Assembly (NCBI GenBank): GCA_963718895.1
Contig: CAVRAG010000007.1
Coordinates: forward strand, 544,001 to 608,000
Direction: 5' to 3'
From: an uncultured Nitrososphaerota archaeon
GTDB lineage: Archaea > Thermoproteota > Nitrososphaeria > Nitrososphaerales > Gagatemarchaeaceae
DNA length: 64,000 nt
Positions 58,807-64,000 of this stretch are shown here, one piece after another. Position numbers and translations under genes: made by a program. Below the pieces are notes generated by a model. It was not told the origin of the DNA. It saw nothing but the letters and a program-made list of their open reading frames with translations, and made no database searches. Every line of letters starts with the position of its first letter. Position 1 is the stretch's first letter.

Positions 58807-60945
58807 ATGAAGTTCGAAGAACTGGCCCTCCCCAGCGAGTTCTCGGTCTTTCTAGCCGAAGAGGGGTTCGTCGAGCTCTATCCGCCCCAGGAGGCCGCGG
58901 TCAAGGCTGGACTGCTGGAGGGGAAGAGCCTCGTCATATCCTCTCCGACCGCGAGCGGGAAGACGCTCATCGCGATGATGGCCGCCTACAAGAAGCTCAA
59001 GGAGGGGAGGAAGGTGGTCTACCTCAGTCCTCTGCGAGCCCTGGCCTCGGAGAAGTACGCCGAATTCAGGAAGCTCGAGCGGTTCGGGATTCGCTGCGCC
59101 ATAGCGACGGGAGACTTCGACGGGAGCGGCGAGGTCCTCGGGAAGTTCGACTTCCTCATCCTCACGAACGAGAAGTTCGACTCGATACTCCGGCACGGAG
59201 TGAGCTGGCTCCGCTCCGTCGGGCTCTTCATCTCCGACGAGGTCCACCTCGCGGGCAGCGGGGACCGGGGCCCGACCCTCGAGATGATCCTGACCAAGGT
59301 AATCCACCTCGGCCTGGACGCGCAGCTCATCTCGCTCTCCGCCACGATAAGCAACGCCGACGAGATCGCCGCGTGGCTCAGGTCGGACCTGGTCGCCGTC
59401 GACTGGAGGCCGGTGCCGCTGAGAGAGGGCGTCTACGACTACGGGAGGATCGTCTTCCATCCAGAGGGCGAGGTCGCGCTGTTGAGGTCGAACCAAGGGG
59501 CGCCAGTAGATGTGGCCATCGACTCGGTCAAGGGCGGAGGCCAATCCCTAATCTTCGCCGGGACGAGGCGGCGCGCGGTCAGCCTAGCCACAAAGGGGTC
59601 TGAGCTGACGCTGAGGTTTCTCAGCGAGGCGGAGAAGAGCCTCTGCCGAGAGGCCGCTTCAAGGATCCGCGAGAGCGGGGAGGAGACCGGGCTAAGCAGG
59701 CTGCTCGCGGAGATAGTCGAGAGGGGCTCTGCCTTCCATCATGCGGGCCTGTCCTACGAACACAGGAAGATAATCGAGGATTACTACCGCATGAGGGCCA
59801 TAAAGATTCTCTCGAGCACGCCCACGCTGGCGGCAGGGGTCAATCTACCCGCGAGGAGGGTGGTCGTCGCGGACCTGAGCAGGTACGACGGCGAGACCGG
59901 CATGAACGCCATGATCTCGGTCCTGGACTACAGGCAGATGGCGGGTCGGGCAGGGAGGCCGCAGTATGACGACCACGGCGAGACCGTCATCGTCCCTCCG
60001 TCCACCTACGTCCCGGAGGACGTCCTCAAGCACTTCACGGAGACCGAGCCGGAGCCGATCGAGTCGAGGCTGGGAGGCGAGAGGGGGATGCGGGTCCACC
60101 TGCTCGCGGCGATAGCCAGCAGCTTCGGGTCGTCGAGGGTGGACATCGAGGCGCTCTTCTCCAAGACCCTGCTCGCAGCCCAGATCGGGAGCGAGAGGGT
60201 GAGCAGGCACATCGACACCGCGCTCGGGTACCTCCTGAGCGAGCAGCTCGTCGTCGAGAAGGGAGGCCTCTTCCAGGCCACTGGCTTCGGGAAGAGGGTC
60301 TCGACGCTCTACATCGACCCGATGACAGGGGTCCTCTTCAAGAAGAACATGGCCGCCGTGGGGAGGTCGGAGGACCACACCCTGGCTCTCCTACATCTGG
60401 TCACGAGGAGCCCGGACTTTGAGCCGAAGTTCCCCCTCCGCGAGAAGCAGTACGACCAGGCCTACGAGTTCCTCGACTCCCATCGCGGGGCATTCGTGAC
60501 CGGAGGCGAGCCAGGATCGAGGCTCGACCTAGACGACCTCCTCCAGGAGATGCGGACGATAATGGTCATCGACTCCTGGATTCAAGAGTGGAGGGACGAC
60601 GCGATACTCGAGAAGCTCGGAGTCGAGCCGGGAGACCTTCACAGGGCGGTCGAGAACGCGGACTGGCTCCTGTACTGCCTGTCGGAACTGGCCCGCCTCT
60701 ACAGCAAGTTCGAGCTCATCAAGGAGGCGGAATTCCTACGCAGGAGGGTCCAGAGCGGGATAAGGGCCGAGCTCGTCGAGCTCACGAGGCTCGACGGGAT
60801 CGGGAGGGCGCGGGCCCGCTCTCTCTACTCCGCCGGCTTCACGACACTGAAGTCCATCCGGGATGCGAGCGAGGAGAAGCTCGCCAGGGTCGAGAAGATC
60901 GGACCGACGGTGGCCAGGAAGATAAAGGAACAGGCCGTGAGATGA
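58807..60945 (+). CDS. hel308: Hel308/Hjm Ski2-like helicase
   Basis: PTASGKT, DEVH, SAT, FHHAGL, TLAAGVNLPA and QMAGRAGRP; C-terminal HhH. Confidence 0.95.
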   Translation: MKFEELALPSEFSVFLAEEGFVELYPPQEAAVKAGLLEGKSLVISSPTASGKTLIAMMAAYKKLKEGRKVVYLSPLRALASEKYAEFRKLERFGIRCAIATGDFDGSGEVLGKFDFLILTNEKFDSILRHGVSWLRSVGLFISDEVHLAGSGDRGPTLEMILTKVIHLGLDAQLISLSATISNADEIAAWLRSDLVAVDWRPVPLREGVYDYGRIVFHPEGEVALLRSNQGAPVDVAIDSVKGGGQSLIFAGTRRRAVSLATKGSELTLRFLSEAEKSLCREAASRIRESGEETGLSRLLAEIVERGSAFHHAGLSYEHRKIIEDYYRMRAIKILSSTPTLAAGVNLPARRVVVADLSRYDGETGMNAMISVLDYRQMAGRAGRPQYDDHGETVIVPPSTYVPEDVLKHFTETEPEPIESRLGGERGMRVHLLAAIASSFGSSRVDIEALFSKTLLAAQIGSERVSRHIDTALGYLLSEQLVVEKGGLFQATGFGKRVSTLYIDPMTGVLFKKNMAAVGRSEDHTLALLHLVTRSPDFEPKFPLREKQYDQAYEFLDSHRGAFVTGGEPGSRLDLDDLLQEMRTIMVIDSWIQEWRDDAILEKLGVEPGDLHRAVENADWLLYCLSELARLYSKFELIKEAEFLRRRVQSGIRAELVELTRLDGIGRARARSLYSAGFTTLKSIRDASEEKLARVEKIGPTVARKIKEQAVR

Positions 60946-62153
60946 GGACCAACGGGTTCGCGCTCTTCAGGGGACCCGGCGCAGGGGCGAGGGCCGAGCG
61001 CGCCGCGGCCCGGGTCGACAGGTACAACAGAGCCATCGTGACGAGTCCGGACCACACCTTCGGGACGACCGACGCACGCGGAAGGGAGGTGGAGGCCTGC
61101 TTTGTGGCGTACTCCCTCGAGGAGGGGGAAGGCCTCCCGCTCGTTCATGGCTTCGCCGAGAACCCGGGGGCCCTCTGGCGGGGAGAAGCGGTGGGCGAGT
61201 TCGCCTACGTGACAGAGGAGGAGGGGCGCGTCCTCGCAGGCAGGGACTCGATGGGAACGAGGGCGCTCTACTCCGACGCGGGCTTCACCTGCGTGGCGAG
61301 CGACCATCGCTTCTTCCCCCTGACACCGGTCCTGTTCCCTCGCGGCGCCAGGATAGACGTTGGTTCGGGGGAACAGGCCCTGCCGCCCCGCGCCCTGCAG
61401 GCACCGGCTGTACAAGAGATGGAGGAGGCCGTGAAGACCCTCTGCGGCCTGCTGGAGCGGTCGGTCGCACGCAGAGTGAAGGGCTGGAGGAAGGTCGCCG
61501 TCTCCTTCTCGGGAGGGCTGGACAGCTCTCTCATCGCTCTGCTCGCCGCGAAGAGCGCCGAGGTCGTCCTCTGCAGCGCATACACAGAGAGGTCGAGCGA
61601 CCAGGTGTACACCGTCAAGGCGGCCGAGAGGCTCGGGCTGGAGCACCTCGGAACCGTGATCGGGCCAGACGACGCGGCGCGGGAGGTCCGTGCAATGGAT
61701 CTCCCCTTTGAGCCGGGACCGATGGACAAGGCTCTCTGGTGCCTCTATTCCACCACCAGCCGGATGGGGGCCGAGAACGGGGCCCCTGTCATCCTTCTCG
61801 GGCAGCTGGCCGACGAACTCTTCGGCGGCTACATGAAGTACGCCCTGCGGGCCCGTGAGAGCGAGGCGTCCGCGGTTCGGATGATGGAAAGTGACGTCGC
61901 CGCGTCGGCAGAGAGAGCGTTCGTCAGGGACGAGCTGGCGTGCGCCAGGTTCGCCGAAGTCAGGCTCCCCTTCGCCGACCAGGACGTCGCGGACTTCGCT
62001 CTGGCGGCCCCTCTCTCCTACAAAATCAAAGGGACGGAGAGGAAGGCTGTGCTCAGGGCGGCCGCGTCGATGCTCGGACTCCCTGAGGAGCTCGTCAGGG
62101 CTCCGAAGAAGGCGGCCCAGTACAGCACCGGCCTCACCAAGCTCTTCAGCTGA
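60942..62153 (+). CDS. asparagine synthetase-like PP-loop protein with a degenerate amidotransferase domain
   Basis: RDSMGTRALY, SFSGGLDSS, GQLADELFGGY and PKKAAQYS; no N-terminal Cys; ATG 60942 overlaps the hel308 stop. Confidence 0.8.
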   Translation: MRTNGFALFRGPGAGARAERAAARVDRYNRAIVTSPDHTFGTTDARGREVEACFVAYSLEEGEGLPLVHGFAENPGALWRGEAVGEFAYVTEEEGRVLAGRDSMGTRALYSDAGFTCVASDHRFFPLTPVLFPRGARIDVGSGEQALPPRALQAPAVQEMEEAVKTLCGLLERSVARRVKGWRKVAVSFSGGLDSSLIALLAAKSAEVVLCSAYTERSSDQVYTVKAAERLGLEHLGTVIGPDDAAREVRAMDLPFEPGPMDKALWCLYSTTSRMGAENGAPVILLGQLADELFGGYMKYALRARESEASAVRMMESDVAASAERAFVRDELACARFAEVRLPFADQDVADFALAAPLSYKIKGTERKAVLRAAASMLGLPEELVRAPKKAAQYSTGLTKLFS

Positions 62154-62203
62154 GGCGGTCGCAAGAGTTTTACTCGGGAACGACCGACTGTCGCCAGCTG
62201 CCC

Positions 62204-62746
62204 TTGGACCCTGGATCTTCCGGGACGTACATCCCCTCCGACGACACCACGCTACTGATTCGGGCCCTTTCAGCGATCAGGGGTGCGAAGTTCCTCGAGA
62301 TAGGCTTCGGGAGCGGCGCCGTGCTCCAGACCCTGCCTCCCAGGTTCTCCATGGTGGTCGGGACGGATGTCACCACCCTGGACCAGGCCCGGGCCGCCAG
62401 GGGCTCGGCCGAGGTCGTTCTGGCCGACAGGGCGAGCTGCTTCAGGGACGGGACCTTCGATGTGGTGGCGTTCAATCCTCCCTACCTGCCCTCCGGACCT
62501 GTCTGGGACCCGACGGTGGACGGTGGACGGGGAGGGGTGGAGGTCCCGATTCGGTTCCTCGACGACGCGCTCAGGGTCGTGACGGCCGAAGGCAAAATCC
62601 TCGTCCTCCTCTCCGACCACGGAGACCTTGAGGGGTTCGTCTCCCACTGCCACGGCATGGGCCTCTCGGTCCGCGAAGCAGAGAGAACAAGGCTGTTCTA
62701 CGAGTCGCTGGTCGTCTACGAGATCAGGAGAAGAGTGGAGGGCTAG
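62204..62746 (+). CDS. HemK2/PrmC-like SAM methyltransferase
   Basis: YIPSDDT, LEIGFGSG, FNPPY and DGGRGG. Confidence 0.9.
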   Translation: MDPGSSGTYIPSDDTTLLIRALSAIRGAKFLEIGFGSGAVLQTLPPRFSMVVGTDVTTLDQARAARGSAEVVLADRASCFRDGTFDVVAFNPPYLPSGPVWDPTVDGGRGGVEVPIRFLDDALRVVTAEGKILVLLSDHGDLEGFVSHCHGMGLSVREAERTRLFYESLVVYEIRRRVEG

Positions 62747-63792
62747 CCGAGACCCATCACATTGACAGGCGCGCCCGTGTTCGCATCGAGGATCAAGACG
62801 ATGTCCTGTCCCTTGTGGGTGTACTTGGCGAACCAGATCGGTGCGTGCAGAAGCTCTGCGTCCCCAATATCCAGGTCTGTGTTCAGCTGTTGAATCATGT
62901 GGTACTGGGAGTGAGCCTTCTCAGACTGCACCTGAGAGACGAAGGTCCTCGCCTGGTTCTTGGCGTCGTCCTCTCCGATGTCGCCGTTGAGGACGGGTAT
63001 CCCCTTGGGGACCTTGGTCAGGTCGAACAGCGTCCTCTCGGCGAGGTTGAACGAGTAGTTCCTAGGCTGGTATTCGCTGAGGGCCTTTAGGGCGACGACA
63101 GGGAATTCATAGTTGTTGTCAAGCTCTGCGGTCTTACGGTCGCCACCTCCGCCGCCCATCATGCCGAACCCGCCAAACATCATCCCCAGGCGGCCCGCGC
63201 CGCCCAATCCAAGGTTGAACACCAACCCGGACCACAGGGACGGTGCCAAGGGGAACGACCTCCGGAAACCGCCGGTCATGACTGCGAAGAGTGCCGCGGT
63301 CGTCGCGACGTTGGCTGCCTCCATCCCCATGCTTGTGGCCACAATCGAGGTCCGGGCCGAGACCGGGACGATCCAGTAAGGGACGAGGGAGAGGTTCATG
63401 TCGACCAGGGTCGAGCTCTCCTGCAGGTGCCGGTGCATCAGCCCCTGGTCCATGAGCTGATGTATTCGCGCGGTCATCTGGTCCTTGTCTGTGTACTTCG
63501 CGGGGAGCATGGTCTGCTTTTGAATGCTCGACCATCCGTCGTTGCCGAGGGTAATCCCGCTACCGCAGTATTCGCACGTTATGACCATCTCACCGAACTT
63601 CGGGGAGATCGGGGCTCCGCAGTTTGGGCACTTCATCGAAGTAGCACCCATGGGCGCGATAACGGGGGCCTTGGGAGCAGCCTGAGCCTGCGTCTGGCCT
63701 GCCGACCCGGCGGGGTTGACGGTCGCGCCGCACTTGATGCAGTACACCGCGTCATCGGGGAGTTGGGTCCCGCACCTAGGACAGTATACCAT
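62743..63792 (-). CDS. multi-zinc-ribbon membrane-associated protein
   Basis: CPRC..CIKC and CPNC..CEYC, LVPYW, a Gly-rich hydrophobic segment and LDANTG. Confidence 0.75.
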   Translation of the reverse strand: MVYCPRCGTQLPDDAVYCIKCGATVNPAGSAGQTQAQAAPKAPVIAPMGATSMKCPNCGAPISPKFGEMVITCEYCGSGITLGNDGWSSIQKQTMLPAKYTDKDQMTARIHQLMDQGLMHRHLQESSTLVDMNLSLVPYWIVPVSARTSIVATSMGMEAANVATTAALFAVMTGGFRRSFPLAPSLWSGLVFNLGLGGAGRLGMMFGGFGMMGGGGGDRKTAELDNNYEFPVVALKALSEYQPRNYSFNLAERTLFDLTKVPKGIPVLNGDIGEDDAKNQARTFVSQVQSEKAHSQYHMIQQLNTDLDIGDAELLHAPIWFAKYTHKGQDIVLILDANTGAPVNVMGLG

Positions 63793-63807
63793 CTCTCAGC
63801 AACGACC

Positions 63808-64000
63808 CTACATGGGTTTTCCGCACTGCGGGCAGAACTTGGGGCTGCCGGAGACGCTGGCACCGCAACTCGGACAGGTCTTCGTCTGCGCAGGCGCGGC
63901 GGCCTGCGCTGGTTGTGCCACCGCCGCACCGCAGTTCGGACAGAACTTGGCGCCGGCCTGCAGTGGCGAGCCGCACTGCGCGCACGTCTGCGCTTTCGCC
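63808..64000 (-). CDS. C-terminal tandem double zinc ribbons of a gene that starts beyond the window
   Basis: CAQCGSPLQAGAKFCPNCG..CPSCGASVSGSPKFCPQCGKPM*. Confidence 0.8.
   Translation of the reverse strand, partial: AKAQTCAQCGSPLQAGAKFCPNCGAAVAQPAQAAAPAQTKTCPSCGASVSGSPKFCPQCGKPM

Noticed and set aside
63170-63285. Possible in-frame intron in the zinc-ribbon gene (FRRSFPLAPSLWSGLVFNL segment)
   Set aside because: Only isolated hairpins, no 4-bp helix with 3-nt bulges, and no stop codon; more likely a variable protein loop
312-63985. Numerous long antisense and off-frame ORFs in the ORF track (for example 16550-17575, 12127-13182 and 39846-40622)
   Set aside because: Shadows of real genes in high-GC3 DNA; Arg/Pro/Gly-rich or Leu/Val/Asp-rich with no family motifs

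Overview
GC-rich archaeal chromosome segment. Gene content and order (GINS23-MCM-Hel308, psmB-aCPSF1-SepF, two-LysW arg/lys cluster, beta-oxidation genes, ccmF) suggest a non-ammonia-oxidising Nitrososphaerota (Thaumarchaeota) lineage; this is inference. Most of the window is housekeeping: proteasome, RNA processing (rtcA, rtcB, archease, Lsm, aCPSF1), LysW-dependent Lys/Arg biosynthesis, carAB, hisS, RFC, a branched-chain amino-acid ABC transporter, and an MCM with two inteins. About ten single-base frameshifts look like long-read consensus errors. Two signals stand out. (1) A 21-nt insertion with an in-frame TAA splits the conserved GEAGE|FDYSG motif of carB. It folds into a bulge-helix-bulge/loop splice motif whose canonical cut sites restore the motif exactly, so it is a candidate archaeal mRNA intron outside cbf5. 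(2) A transposase-less tnpB has a predicted omegaRNA guide (3661-3680) matching a site about 240 bp upstream of its own start (5129-5150), in the divergent promoter region shared with a small ribbon-helix-helix gene. This suggests RNA-guided self-regulation or an unusual direct-repeat-flanked element. No tRNA, rRNA or CRISPR array was recognised.
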